This document shows positions 35,846 through 45,560 of a DNA stretch of 64,000 bases, in pieces. Source of the stretch: Streptococcus mitis (GTDB lineage Bacteria; Bacillota; Bacilli; Lactobacillales; Streptococcaceae); the NCBI GenBank assembly GCA_963515655.1, contig CAUPZW010000008.1, positions 5,019-69,018 of the forward strand, given 5' to 3'. Numbering within the stretch: the stretch's first letter is position 1; every line of letters begins with the position of its first letter. The notes under the pieces were generated by a model. It was not told the origin of the DNA. It saw only the letters and a program-made list of their open reading frames with translations, and searched no databases. The position numbers and the translations under genes are program-made.

Positions 35846-37012
35846 ATGAATTACCTTGTTATTTCTCCCTACTATCCCCAAAATTTTCAACAGTTTACCA
35901 TTGAGCTAGCCAATAAAGGCATTACAGTCTTGGGAATTGGCCAAGAACCCTACGAGCAATTGGATGAGCCCTTGCGCAATAGCTTGACCGAGTATTTCCG
36001 TGTAGATAATCTTGAAAATATAGATGAAGTCAAACGCGCAGTTGCTTTTCTCTTTTATAAGCATGGCCCAATTGATCGTATCGAGTCCCATAATGAATAT
36101 TGGTTAGAGTTGGACGCAGCACTCAGAGAACAATTCAATGTCTTTGGTGCCAAACCAGAGGATCTCAAAAAGACGAAATTTAAGTCTGAGATGAAGAAAC
36201 TTTTCAAAAAAGCAGGTGTCCCCGTGGTACCAGGCGCTGTTATCCAGACAGAAGCAGATGTGGATCAAACTGTGAATGAAATCGGCCTTCCAATGATTGC
36301 CAAACCTGATAATGGAGTGGGCGCAGCCGCTACCTTTAAGCTTGAGACAGAGAACGATATCAATCACTTCAAGGCTGAGTGGGACCATTCAACCGTTTAT
36401 TTCTTTGAGAAATTTGTCACGTCTAGTGAAATCTGTACCTTTGATGGTCTTGTAGACAAGGATGGAAAGATTGTCTTCTCAACAACCTTTGACTACGCCT
36501 ATACACCACTTGATCTCATGATTTACAAGATGGACAATTCCTACTATGTGCTCAAGGATATGGATCCCAAATTACGTAAATATGGTGAGGACATTGTCAA
36601 AGAATTTGGTATGAAAGAACGGTTCTTCCATATTGAGTTCTTCCGTGAAGGGGACGATTACATCGCCATTGAGTATAATAACCGCCCTGCAGGTGGTTTC
36701 ACCATTGATGTTTATAACTTTGCCCATTCCCTGGACCTCTATCGTGGATATGCAGCAATTGTCGCAGGAGAAGAGTTCCCAGCGTCAGAGTTTGAACCTC
36801 AGTATTGTTTAGCTACATCACGTCGTTCAAATGCTCACTATGTCTATTCTGAGGAGGACTTGCTTGCTAAATATGGCCAGCAGTTCAAGGTTAAAAAAAT
36901 CATGCCAGCGGCCTTTGCGGAACTTCAAGGAGATTACCTGTATATGTTGACAACTCCGAGTCAACAAGAAATGGAGCAAATGATTGCAGATTTTGGACAA
37001 CGTCAAGAATAA
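35846..37012 (+). CDS. ATP-grasp domain protein (carboxylate-amine ligase-like)
   Basis: It has an ATP-grasp layout (KPDNGVGAAATFK, FHIEFFRE, EYNNRPAGG) and lies 12 nt after the previous stop. Confidence 0.7.
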   Translation: MNYLVISPYYPQNFQQFTIELANKGITVLGIGQEPYEQLDEPLRNSLTEYFRVDNLENIDEVKRAVAFLFYKHGPIDRIESHNEYWLELDAALREQFNVFGAKPEDLKKTKFKSEMKKLFKKAGVPVVPGAVIQTEADVDQTVNEIGLPMIAKPDNGVGAAATFKLETENDINHFKAEWDHSTVYFFEKFVTSSEICTFDGLVDKDGKIVFSTTFDYAYTPLDLMIYKMDNSYYVLKDMDPKLRKYGEDIVKEFGMKERFFHIEFFREGDDYIAIEYNNRPAGGFTIDVYNFAHSLDLYRGYAAIVAGEEFPASEFEPQYCLATSRRSNAHYVYSEEDLLAKYGQQFKVKKIMPAAFAELQGDYLYMLTTPSQQEMEQMIADFGQRQE

Positions 37013-37119
37013 GAACTCTCGTTATTGAAGAAATTTTCTGAAAATTACAAAATATACTTGCTATTTTAGAAAAATAGTGTAGAATATAAGAAATAGATTT
37101 TTAGAATAAGGAGTGGAAT

Positions 37120-38142
37120 ATGACAGTAACAATTGATTGGGAAAAACTTGGTTTTTCCTATATGAAATTACCTTATCGCTATATTGCTCATTTTAAAAAT
37201 GGACAATGGGATCAAGGAGAGCTTACAGAGGATGCAACCTTGCATATTTCAGAGTCTTCTCCAAGTCTTCACTATGGACAACAAGCATTTGAAGGTTTGA
37301 AAGCTTATCGTACTAAGCATGGCAGTGTTCAACTGTTCCGTCCTGATGAAAATGCTAAACGCTTGCAACGTACCTGTGACCGTCTCTTGATGCCACAAGT
37401 TCCAACAGAAATGTTTGTAGAAGCTTGTAAAGCAGTTGTCCGCGCAAATGAAGAATACGTACCACCATACGGAACAGGTGGGACCCTATATCTTCGCCCT
37501 CTTTTGATTGGTGTCGGAGATATTATTGGGGTTAAACCAGCAGAGGAATACATTTTCACCATCTTTGCTATGCCAGTTGGAAATTACTTTAAGGGTGGTT
37601 TGGTTCCAACCAACTTCTTGATTCAGGATGAATACGACCGTGCCGCTCCAAATGGTACAGGTGCGGCTAAGGTTGGTGGGAACTATGCTGCAAGTCTCTT
37701 GCCAGGGAAATTGGCGAAATCACGTCATTTCTCAGATGTTATTTACCTAGACCCATCAACTCATACAAAGATCGAAGAAGTCGGTTCAGCTAACTTCTTT
37801 GGAATTACAGCTGACAATGAGTTTGTAACACCATTGAGTCCATCTATCTTGCCATCTATTACTAAGTATTCTTTGCTTTATTTGGCAGAACATCGCTTGG
37901 GCTTAACTCCTATTGAGGGGGATGTTCCAATTGATAACCTGGATCGTTTTGTAGAGGCAGGTGCTTGTGGTACAGCAGCGGTTATTTCTCCAATTGGAGG
38001 TATTCAACACGGTGATGATTTCCATATATTCTATAGTGAAACAGAAGTAGGTCCTGTGACTCGTAAACTCTATGATGAATTGACTGGTATTCAGTTTGGT
38101 GATATTGAAGCGCCAGAAGGATGGATTGTAAAAGTAGATTAA
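37120..38142 (+). CDS. ilvE: Branched-chain amino-acid aminotransferase
   Basis: It is a class IV aminotransferase of 340 aa (GTGAAKVGGNYAAS, EAGACGTAAVISPI). Confidence 0.95.
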   Translation: MTVTIDWEKLGFSYMKLPYRYIAHFKNGQWDQGELTEDATLHISESSPSLHYGQQAFEGLKAYRTKHGSVQLFRPDENAKRLQRTCDRLLMPQVPTEMFVEACKAVVRANEEYVPPYGTGGTLYLRPLLIGVGDIIGVKPAEEYIFTIFAMPVGNYFKGGLVPTNFLIQDEYDRAAPNGTGAAKVGGNYAASLLPGKLAKSRHFSDVIYLDPSTHTKIEEVGSANFFGITADNEFVTPLSPSILPSITKYSLLYLAEHRLGLTPIEGDVPIDNLDRFVEAGACGTAAVISPIGGIQHGDDFHIFYSETEVGPVTRKLYDELTGIQFGDIEAPEGWIVKVD

Positions 38143-38163
38143 AATAAACAAAAGGAGATTTTT

Positions 38164-40131
38164 ATGAAATCGAAAAAGTGGCTCTTAACAGCAGGAGTGG
38201 TCCTGAGCACAACAGCTTTTTTAGTAGCTTGTGGAAAAGCTGATAAAGAAGCAGATGCACCGACAACATTTTCATATGTCTATGCAGTAGATCCAGCATC
38301 TTTGGACTATAGTATAGCGACTCGTACATCTACAACAGATGTCATCGGGAACGTGGTTGATGGCTTGATGGAAAACGACCAGTACGGAAATGTTATTCCT
38401 TCCTTGGCTGAGGATTGGTCTGTGTCAAAAGATGGTTTGACTTATACCTACAAACTTCGTAAAGGAGTTAAATGGTACACTTCTGAAGGTGAAGAATATG
38501 CAGAAGTAACAGCCCATGACTTTGTAGCAGGATTGAAACACGTAGCTGACGGTAAGTCAGACGGTGTCTCTCTCATCCAAAATTCAATCAAGGGTTTGGA
38601 TGCCTACATGACTGGTGAGACGAACGATTTCTCTACAGTTGGTGTCAAGGCCTTGGATGATTACACAGTCGAATATACCCTAAACAAACCAGAAAGTTTC
38701 TGGAACTCTAAAGTTACAACAGCGACGATGTTGCCTGTAAATGAAGAGTTTTTGAAGGCATCAGGTAAAGATTATGGAGCAGTTACTCCAGCAGGGATTC
38801 TCTATAATGGTCCTTATTTCTTGAAGACCTTGACTTCTAAATCGTTGATTGAATACGAGAAAAATCCAAACTACTGGGATAAAGAAAAGGTAAAAATTGA
38901 GAAGATTAAATTGACCTACTACGATGGTTCAGATCAGGAATCCTTGATTCGTAGCTTCTCTTCAGGTGCCTATACGACAGCTCGTCTCTTCCCAAGTAGC
39001 TCAAACTTTGCTTCAACTTTGGAACAATACGGAGATAAAATTACTTATAGCCCACAGGACTCAAGTAGCTATTACTTCACATTTAACGTAAATCGTCAGT
39101 CATACAATAAAACTGCGAAAACAAGTGAAGAGCAAAAGACTTCTACTAAAGAAGCTATGCTGAATAAGGACTTCCGTCAGGCTATTAACTTTGCCTTCAA
39201 CCGTCATTCATATGCTGCTCAGCTAAATGGTGAAGACGGTGCGGACAAGATTATTCGTAACAGTCTCGTTCCTGACAACTTTGTACAAGCAGGTGGTAAG
39301 AACTTTGGCCAAATCGCCCAAGCAGAGTTGGTGAACTATGGTGACCAATGGAAAGGCGTTGAGCTAGTTGATGGTAAGGATTCTATCTACAACCCTGACA
39401 AGGCTAAAGCTGCCTTTGAAAAAGCTAAGAAAGACCTAGAATCTAAAGGGGTAACCTTCCCAATTCATTTGGATGTCCCAGTTGAACAGACAGATACCAT
39501 CGCCGTTCAACAAAGCAACTCTTTCAAACAGTCTATCGAATCAACTCTTGGTGCTGAAAATGTTGTCATAGATGTTCTTCAAATGACAGATAATGAAAAA
39601 GAGACAATCACTTCTCAAGCGCGTGTTCCTTCTCAAAAAGACTATGATTTGAACAGTACAGGATGGGCTCCAAGCTACCAAGACCCAGCATCTTATTTAA
39701 CTATCATGGATCCTAAATCAGGTTCTGCTATGAAACACCTTGGTATTACTAAAGGAAAAGATAAGGATGTTGTAGCTAAGATTGGTTTGGATCAGTATAA
39801 GAAATTATTAGATGATGCGGATTCAGAAACTACTAATCTTGAAGAACGCTATGAAAAATATGCCAAGGCTCAAGCTTGGTTGACAGATAGTTCATTATTG
39901 ATGCCAACAGCCTCATCTGGTGGTTCTCCAGTTGTAAGTAATGTTGTGCCATTCTCAAAACCATACTCACAAGTTGGTATTAAGGGTGACCCATATATCT
40001 TTAAAGGTATGAAATTGCAAAAAGATATCGTTACAACCAAAGAATATGAAGAAGCACTGAAAAAATGGCAAAAAGAAAAATTGGAATCAAACGGTAAATA
40101 CCAAAAAGAACTAGAAAAACACATTAAATAA
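38164..40131 (+). CDS. Oligopeptide-binding lipoprotein of the AliA/AliB/AmiA family (orphan; no adjacent permease)
   Basis: It has an LVAC lipobox and strong resemblance to pneumococcal Ali proteins (AEDWSVSKDGLTYTYKLRKGVKWYTSEGEEYA). Confidence 0.9.
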   Translation: MKSKKWLLTAGVVLSTTAFLVACGKADKEADAPTTFSYVYAVDPASLDYSIATRTSTTDVIGNVVDGLMENDQYGNVIPSLAEDWSVSKDGLTYTYKLRKGVKWYTSEGEEYAEVTAHDFVAGLKHVADGKSDGVSLIQNSIKGLDAYMTGETNDFSTVGVKALDDYTVEYTLNKPESFWNSKVTTATMLPVNEEFLKASGKDYGAVTPAGILYNGPYFLKTLTSKSLIEYEKNPNYWDKEKVKIEKIKLTYYDGSDQESLIRSFSSGAYTTARLFPSSSNFASTLEQYGDKITYSPQDSSSYYFTFNVNRQSYNKTAKTSEEQKTSTKEAMLNKDFRQAINFAFNRHSYAAQLNGEDGADKIIRNSLVPDNFVQAGGKNFGQIAQAELVNYGDQWKGVELVDGKDSIYNPDKAKAAFEKAKKDLESKGVTFPIHLDVPVEQTDTIAVQQSNSFKQSIESTLGAENVVIDVLQMTDNEKETITSQARVPSQKDYDLNSTGWAPSYQDPASYLTIMDPKSGSAMKHLGITKGKDKDVVAKIGLDQYKKLLDDADSETTNLEERYEKYAKAQAWLTDSSLLMPTASSGGSPVVSNVVPFSKPYSQVGIKGDPYIFKGMKLQKDIVTTKEYEEALKKWQKEKLESNGKYQKELEKHIK

Positions 40132-40229
40132 AGCAGAAAACTCTATATCAGACTTGGAATGATATAGAGTTTTTTCTTGCTAGTTTTAGGATTTTCTTGT
40201 AAAATAGAAAAAGTGAAGAGAGGTATGAA

Positions 40230-40460
40230 ATGAGTAAGAAAGATAAAAAAATCGAAATTCAAGTAGCAGATGCAAAAGTTAATGTTGGTAAAGATAGTTT
40301 TGAAGGTTATACATTGACTATCGGTAAAAGAGTTATCGGAGAAATTGCCGAATTAGACGGACAATTTGCCATCATAAAGAATGGGAATGTCGATAGTTTT
40401 TATAAAAAATTGGAAAAAGCTGTGGAAATTTTGATTGAAAACTATAATTTGGCAAAATAA
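40230..40460 (+). CDS. Small hypothetical cytoplasmic protein (76 aa)
   Basis: A GAGAGG RBS precedes it. It has no recognisable motif. Confidence 0.45.
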   Translation: MSKKDKKIEIQVADAKVNVGKDSFEGYTLTIGKRVIGEIAELDGQFAIIKNGNVDSFYKKLEKAVEILIENYNLAK

Positions 40461-40509
40461 TACTTGTTTTATTGAAAATTTCATGATATAATAGTTCTCG
40501 TTAAACATA

Positions 40510-40590
40510 GGAGAGATAGCGAAGAGGCTAAACGCGGCGGACTGTAAATCCGCTCCTTCGGGTTCGGGGGTTCGAATCCCTCTCTCTCCA
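40510..40590 (+). tRNA. tRNA-Tyr (GUA), long variable arm
   Basis: The acceptor stem is GGAGAGA/TCTCTCC, the anticodon loop is CUGUAAA and the T-loop is GGGGGTTCGAATCCCTC. CCA is not encoded. Confidence 0.9.
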
Positions 40591-40599
40591 TTTCATCAA

Positions 40600-40671
40600 T
40601 GGGGTATAGCCAAGCGGTAAGGCAAGGGACTTTGACTCCCTCATGCGTTGGTTCGAATCCAGCTACCCCAG
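40600..40671 (+). tRNA. tRNA-Gln (UUG)
   Basis: The acceptor stem is TGGGGTA/TACCCCA, the anticodon stem AGGGA/TCCCT carries the loop CUUUGAC, and the T-loop is GGTTCGAATCC. Confidence 0.9.
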
Positions 40672-40832
40672 TTCTTAGGTAATGATCAAGATAAAAAGCA
40701 AAATATCTTAGGGTATTTTATTTTTATAATTGAAAGACGTGAACGATATGAACATGTCCTTGCGGGTGCTTAGGAAAAAAATTATAAGTATGTCAAGTTT
40801 AAGAAAAACTTGATTGTTGGAGGATTTTTTAG

Positions 40833-42035
40833 ATGAACGAATTTGAAGATTTGCTAAATAGCGTTAGCCAAGTTGAGACTGGTGATGTTGTTAGTGCTGA
40901 AGTATTGACAGTTGATGCGACTCAAGCTAACGTTGCAATCTCTGGAACTGGTGTTGAAGGTGTCTTGACTCTTCGCGAATTGACAAACGATCGCGATGCA
41001 GATATCAATGACTTTGTTAAAGTAGGAGAAGTATTGGATGTTCTTGTACTTCGTCAAGTAGTTGGTAAAGATACTGATACAGTTACATACCTTGTATCTA
41101 AAAAACGCCTTGAAGCTCGCAAAGCATGGGACAAACTTGTTGGTCGCGAAGAAGAAGTTGTTACTGTTAAAGGAACTCGTGCCGTTAAAGGTGGACTTTC
41201 AGTAGAATTTGAAGGTGTTCGTGGATTTATCCCAGCTTCAATGTTGGATACTCGTTTCGTACGTAACACTGAGCGTTTTGTAGGTCAAGAATTTGATGCT
41301 AAAATCAAAGAAGTTGACGCTAAAGAAAACCGCTTCATCCTTTCACGTCGTGAAGTTGTTGAAGCAGCTACAGCAGCAGCTCGCGCTGAAGTATTCGGTA
41401 AATTGGCTGTTGGTGATGTAGTAACTGGTAAAGTTGCACGTATCACAAGCTTCGGTGCTTTCATCGACCTTGGTGGTGTTGACGGATTGGTTCACTTGAC
41501 TGAATTGTCACATGAACGTAACGTATCACCAAAATCAGTTGTAACTGTTGGTGAAGAAATTGAAGTGAAAATCCTTGATCTTAACGAAGAAGAAGGACGC
41601 GTGTCACTTTCACTTAAAGCAACAACACCTGGACCATGGGATGGCGTTGAGCAAAAATTGGCTAAAGGTGATGTAGTAGAAGGAACAGTTAAACGTTTGA
41701 CTGACTTCGGTGCATTTGTTGAAGTATTGCCAGGTATCGATGGACTTGTTCACGTATCACAAATTTCACACAAACGTATTGAAAATCCAAAAGAAGCTCT
41801 TAAAGTTGGTCAAGAAGTTCAAGTTAAAGTTCTTGAAGTTAACGCAGATGCAGAGCGCGTATCACTTTCTATCAAAGCTCTTGAAGAGCGTCCAGCTCAA
41901 GAAGAAGGACAAAAAGAAGAAAAACGTGCTGCTCGTCCACGTCGTCCAAAACGTCAAGAAAAACGTGATTTCGAACTTCCAGAAACACAAACAGGATTCT
42001 CAATGGCTGACTTGTTCGGTGATATCGAACTTTAA
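40833..42035 (+). CDS. rpsA: 30S ribosomal protein S1
   Basis: It has four S1 repeats (GKV.RI..FGAF..L...DGLVH.S), a basic tail and a GGAGG RBS. Confidence 0.95.
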   Translation: MNEFEDLLNSVSQVETGDVVSAEVLTVDATQANVAISGTGVEGVLTLRELTNDRDADINDFVKVGEVLDVLVLRQVVGKDTDTVTYLVSKKRLEARKAWDKLVGREEEVVTVKGTRAVKGGLSVEFEGVRGFIPASMLDTRFVRNTERFVGQEFDAKIKEVDAKENRFILSRREVVEAATAAARAEVFGKLAVGDVVTGKVARITSFGAFIDLGGVDGLVHLTELSHERNVSPKSVVTVGEEIEVKILDLNEEEGRVSLSLKATTPGPWDGVEQKLAKGDVVEGTVKRLTDFGAFVEVLPGIDGLVHVSQISHKRIENPKEALKVGQEVQVKVLEVNADAERVSLSIKALEERPAQEEGQKEEKRAARPRRPKRQEKRDFELPETQTGFSMADLFGDIEL

Positions 42036-42055
42036 TCAAATTGAAAATTCACAAA

Positions 42056-42088
42056 ATCCTTTGTTTTCTAAACAAGGGATTTTTCTTT
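42056..42088 (+). terminator. rpsA intrinsic terminator
   Basis: It is an ATCCTTGTT...AACAAGGGAT hairpin followed by TTTTCTTTT. Confidence 0.6.
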
Positions 42089-42120
42089 TGTCTGTAAGCC
42101 TTTTTTGATATAATAGTTCT

Positions 42121-42618
42121 ATGTTAGAATCAGAAAAACAATCACGTTATCAAATGTTAAATGAAGAGCTCTCTTTTTTGTTGGAAGGTGAAACCAATGT
42201 TTTGGCTAATCTTTCCAACGCCAGTGCTCTTCTAAAATCACGTTTTCCTAATACCGTATTTGCAGGCTTTTATCTGTTCGATGGAAAGGAATTGGTTTTA
42301 GGTCCCTTCCAAGGAGGTGTTTCCTGCATCCGTATCTCACTAGGCAAAGGTGTTTGTGGTGAGGCAGCCCGCTTTCAGGAAACTGTTCTGGTTGGTGATG
42401 TAACAACTTATCCCAACTATATTTCTTGTGATAGTCGAGCTAAAAGTGAAATTGTTGTGCCAATGATGAAGAATGGTCAACTGCTCGGGGTTCTGGATCT
42501 GGATTCTTCAGAGATTGATGATTATGATGCTATGGATCGAGATTATTTGGAACAATTTGTCGCTATTTTGCTTGAAAAGACAGAATGGGACTTTACAATG
42601 TTTGGGGAGAAAGCCTAA
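42121..42618 (+). CDS. GAF-domain protein (free methionine-R-sulfoxide reductase/YtsP-like)
   Basis: It has a GAF fold with GKGVCGEAA and LGVLDLDS motifs. No SD is present, and an extended -10 ends 6 nt before the ATG. Confidence 0.85.
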   Translation: MLESEKQSRYQMLNEELSFLLEGETNVLANLSNASALLKSRFPNTVFAGFYLFDGKELVLGPFQGGVSCIRISLGKGVCGEAARFQETVLVGDVTTYPNYISCDSRAKSEIVVPMMKNGQLLGVLDLDSSEIDDYDAMDRDYLEQFVAILLEKTEWDFTMFGEKA

Positions 42619-44276
42619 TGTATCAAGCACTTTATCGAAAATATAGAAGTCAAAACTTCTCCCAGTTGGTTGGACAGGAAGTTGTGGCTAAGACTCTTAA
42701 ACAAGCAGTAGAGCAAGAGAAAATAAGTCACGCTTATCTTTTTTCTGGTCCTCGTGGAACGGGAAAAACCAGTGTAGCCAAGATTTTTGCCAAAGCTATG
42801 AACTGTCCAAATCAAGTGGGTGGTGAACCGTGTAATAACTGCTATATTTGTCAAGCAGTGACGGACGGTAGTTTAGAAGATGTCATTGAAATGGATGCGG
42901 CCTCTAATAATGGGGTTGATGAAATCCGTGAAATCCGTGATAAATCTACCTATGCTCCTAGTCTTGCCCGTTATAAGGTTTATATCATAGACGAGGTTCA
43001 TATGCTGTCTACAGGGGCTTTTAATGCTCTCCTAAAGACGCTGGAAGAGCCCACACAGAATGTGGTCTTTATTTTAGCTACCACTGAATTGCACAAGATA
43101 CCTGCCACTATTTTATCGCGTGTCCAACGATTTGAGTTTAAATCAATTAAGATACAGGATATTAAGGAACATATCCACTATATCTTAGAAAAAGAAAATA
43201 TCAGTTCTGAACCAGAGGCTGTGGAAATCATTGCCAGACGGGCTGAAGGTGGGATGCGGGATGCCTTGTCAATTTTGGATCAAGCCCTGAGTTTGACACA
43301 AGGAAATGAATTGACGACTGCCATCTCTGAAGAAATTACTGGCACCATTAGCCTATCAGCCTTGGATGATTATGTGGCCGCCTTGTCTCAACAGGATGTT
43401 CCCAAGGCTTTGTCTTGCTTGAATCTTCTTTTTGAGAATGGTAAGAGCATGACTCGTTTTGTGACCGACCTTTTACACTATTTAAGAGACTTGTTAATTG
43501 TTCAAACAGGTGGAGAAAACACTCACCATAGTGCAGTCTTTGTTGAGAATTTGGCACTTCCTCAGGAAAATCTGTTTGAAATGATTCGTTTAGCTACAGT
43601 CAGTTTAGCGGATATTAAGTCTAGTTTGCAGTCCAAGATTTATGCTGAGATGATGACCATCCGTTTGGCGGAGATCAATCCTGAAGTAGCTCTTTCAGGG
43701 GGAGTTGAAAGTGAAATTTCTGCACTGAGACAAGAAGTGACACGTCTCAAACAAGAACTCGCCAATGTGGGAACCGTACCCAAGCCAACAAGTCCAGTAC
43801 CTACTCGCCCAGCAGCAGGCAAGACAGTCTATCGTGTGGATCGCAATAAAGTTCAATCTATCCTACAAGAGGCCGTCGAAAATCCTGATTTAGCACGTCA
43901 AAACCTGATTCGTTTGCAGAATGCCTGGGGAGAGGTGATTGAAAGTCTTGGAGGTCCTGATAAAGCTCTGCTAGTTGGTTCTCAACCGGTTGCGGCCAAT
44001 GAACACCATGCTATTCTTGCTTTTGAATCTAACTTCAATGCTGGTCAAACCATGAAACGAGACAATCTCAACACCATGTTTGGCAATATCCTCAGTCAGG
44101 CAGCAGGTTTTTCACCTGAGATTTTAGCCATTTCCATGGAGGAATGGAAAGAAGTTCGCGCAGCCTTTTCAGCCAAAGCAAAATCTTCCCAAACTGGAAA
44201 AGAAGTAGAAGAAGAAAGTCTGATTCCAGAAGGATTTGAATTTTTGGCTGATAAAGTGAAGGTAGAGGAAGACTAA
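42618..44276 (+). CDS. dnaX: DNA polymerase III subunit gamma/tau
   Basis: It starts [10 protein letters not shown] with the ATG overlapping the upstream TAA. It has Walker A GPRGTGKTS and the zinc module CPNQVGGEPCNNCYIC. Confidence 0.95.
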   Translation: MYQALYRKYRSQNFSQLVGQEVVAKTLKQAVEQEKISHAYLFSGPRGTGKTSVAKIFAKAMNCPNQVGGEPCNNCYICQAVTDGSLEDVIEMDAASNNGVDEIREIRDKSTYAPSLARYKVYIIDEVHMLSTGAFNALLKTLEEPTQNVVFILATTELHKIPATILSRVQRFEFKSIKIQDIKEHIHYILEKENISSEPEAVEIIARRAEGGMRDALSILDQALSLTQGNELTTAISEEITGTISLSALDDYVAALSQQDVPKALSCLNLLFENGKSMTRFVTDLLHYLRDLLIVQTGGENTHHSAVFVENLALPQENLFEMIRLATVSLADIKSSLQSKIYAEMMTIRLAEINPEVALSGGVESEISALRQEVTRLKQELANVGTVPKPTSPVPTRPAAGKTVYRVDRNKVQSILQEAVENPDLARQNLIRLQNAWGEVIESLGGPDKALLVGSQPVAANEHHAILAFESNFNAGQTMKRDNLNTMFGNILSQAAGFSPEILAISMEEWKEVRAAFSAKAKSSQTGKEVEEESLIPEGFEFLADKVKVEED

Positions 44277-44303
44277 AGAAAGATTTCATGATACAATAAG
44301 TTT

Positions 44304-44498
44304 ATGAATAGACAACAATTTATTATCATAGCGCTGTTTACAGCTGCTGAGACCTATTTTTTTAATGAAGCCTGGATGACTGGTCGCTATATTATGGCAG
44401 CCTTTTGGGCTATTTTGCTCTTTAGAAATTTTCGAGTCAGTTACTTGATGGGCAAAATAGTAGATGCCATTGACCAACATTTAAAAGGAAAAGACTAG
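44304..44498 (+). CDS. Small 2-TM membrane protein (64 aa), hypothetical
   Basis: The ORF has two hydrophobic segments and is followed by the terminator AAAGCCTTTTAGGCTTTTTTTT at 44521-44543. Confidence 0.45.
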   Translation: MNRQQFIIIALFTAAETYFFNEAWMTGRYIMAAFWAILLFRNFRVSYLMGKIVDAIDQHLKGKD

Positions 44499-44573
44499 TC
44501 CTCAGCTTCTAGACAAAATCAAAGCCTTTTAGGCTTTTTTTTGTTATACTATAAAAGTATATTTATTGACCTT

Positions 44574-44690
44574 TTATACTCTTCGAAAATCTCTTCAAAC
44601 CACATCAGCTTTATCTGCAAACTCAAAGCGGTGCTTTGAGCAACCTGCGGCTAGCTTCCTAGTTTGCTCTTTGATTTTCATTGAGTATTA
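44574..44690 (-). repeat. BOX interspersed repeat (inverted orientation), upstream of sufC
   Basis: Its reverse complement reads TAATACTCAATGAAAATCAAAGAGCAAACTAGGAAGCTAGCCGCAGGTTGCTCAAAGCAC...GGTTTGAAGAGATTTTCGAAGAGTATAA. Confidence 0.85.
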
Positions 44691-44762
44691 CCGTATTTTC
44701 TAGAGACAACTAGTATGTTTCTAGTAGGCACTGTAAAGGTCTTGAAAAAGAAAGGAACTATC

Positions 44763-45533
44763 ATGTCAGTATTAGAGATCAAAGATCTTCACGTTGAGAT
44801 TGAAGGAAAAGAAATTTTAAAAGGGGTTAACCTGACCCTGAAAACAGGCGAAATCGCCGCTATCATGGGGCCAAATGGTACTGGTAAATCGACTCTTTCT
44901 GCCGCTATCATGGGAAATCCAAACTATGAAGTTACCAAAGGTGAAGTCTTGTTTGACGGCGTAAACATCCTTGAATTGGAAGTTGACGAGCGTGCGCGTA
45001 TGGGACTTTTCCTTGCTATGCAATACCCATCAGAAATTCCTGGAATTACCAATGCTGAGTTTCTTCGTGCAGCCATGAATGCTGGTAAAGAAGACGATGA
45101 GAAGATTTCAGTTCGAGAGTTTATCACTAAATTGGATGAGAAGATGGAATTGCTCAACATGAAAGAAGAAATGGCTGAGCGTTACCTCAACGAAGGTTTC
45201 TCTGGTGGTGAGAAAAAACGTAATGAAATTCTTCAACTCTTGATGTTGGAACCAACTTTTGCCCTTTTGGATGAGATTGATTCTGGTCTTGATATTGATG
45301 CCCTTAAAGTTGTTTCTAAAGGTGTGAATGCTATGCGTGGTGAAGGCTTTGGTGCTATGATTATCACTCACTACCAACGTCTTTTGAACTACATCACGCC
45401 TGATGTGGTACACGTCATGATGGAAGGTCGTGTTGTCCTTTCTGGTGGTCCAGAATTGGCTGCGCGTTTGGAACGTGAAGGATACGCAAAACTAGCTGAA
45501 GAACTTGGCTACGACTACAAGGAAGAATTGTAA
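44763..45533 (+). CDS. sufC: Fe-S cluster assembly ATPase SufC
   Basis: It has Walker A GPNGTGKST and the FSGGEKKRNEILQ signature. An AAAGGAA RBS precedes the ATG at 44763. Confidence 0.95.
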   Translation: MSVLEIKDLHVEIEGKEILKGVNLTLKTGEIAAIMGPNGTGKSTLSAAIMGNPNYEVTKGEVLFDGVNILELEVDERARMGLFLAMQYPSEIPGITNAEFLRAAMNAGKEDDEKISVREFITKLDEKMELLNMKEEMAERYLNEGFSGGEKKRNEILQLLMLEPTFALLDEIDSGLDIDALKVVSKGVNAMRGEGFGAMIITHYQRLLNYITPDVVHVMMEGRVVLSGGPELAARLEREGYAKLAEELGYDYKEEL

Positions 45534-45560
45534 TTCCCTCGTATCTTTTAGGAGAAGTAA

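Noticed and set aside
40798-40814. TTTAAG-aaaaa-CTTGAT upstream of rpsA, considered as a CiaR-type direct repeat.
   Set aside because: Only the first hexamer matches the TTTAAG-N5-TTTAAG pattern. The second half-site is too divergent to support a call.
42618-44276. A possible programmed frameshift site in dnaX (gamma versus tau), as in E. coli.
   Set aside because: I found no A AAA AAG-type slippery heptamer with a downstream hairpin by eye, and Firmicute dnaX is not known to frameshift.
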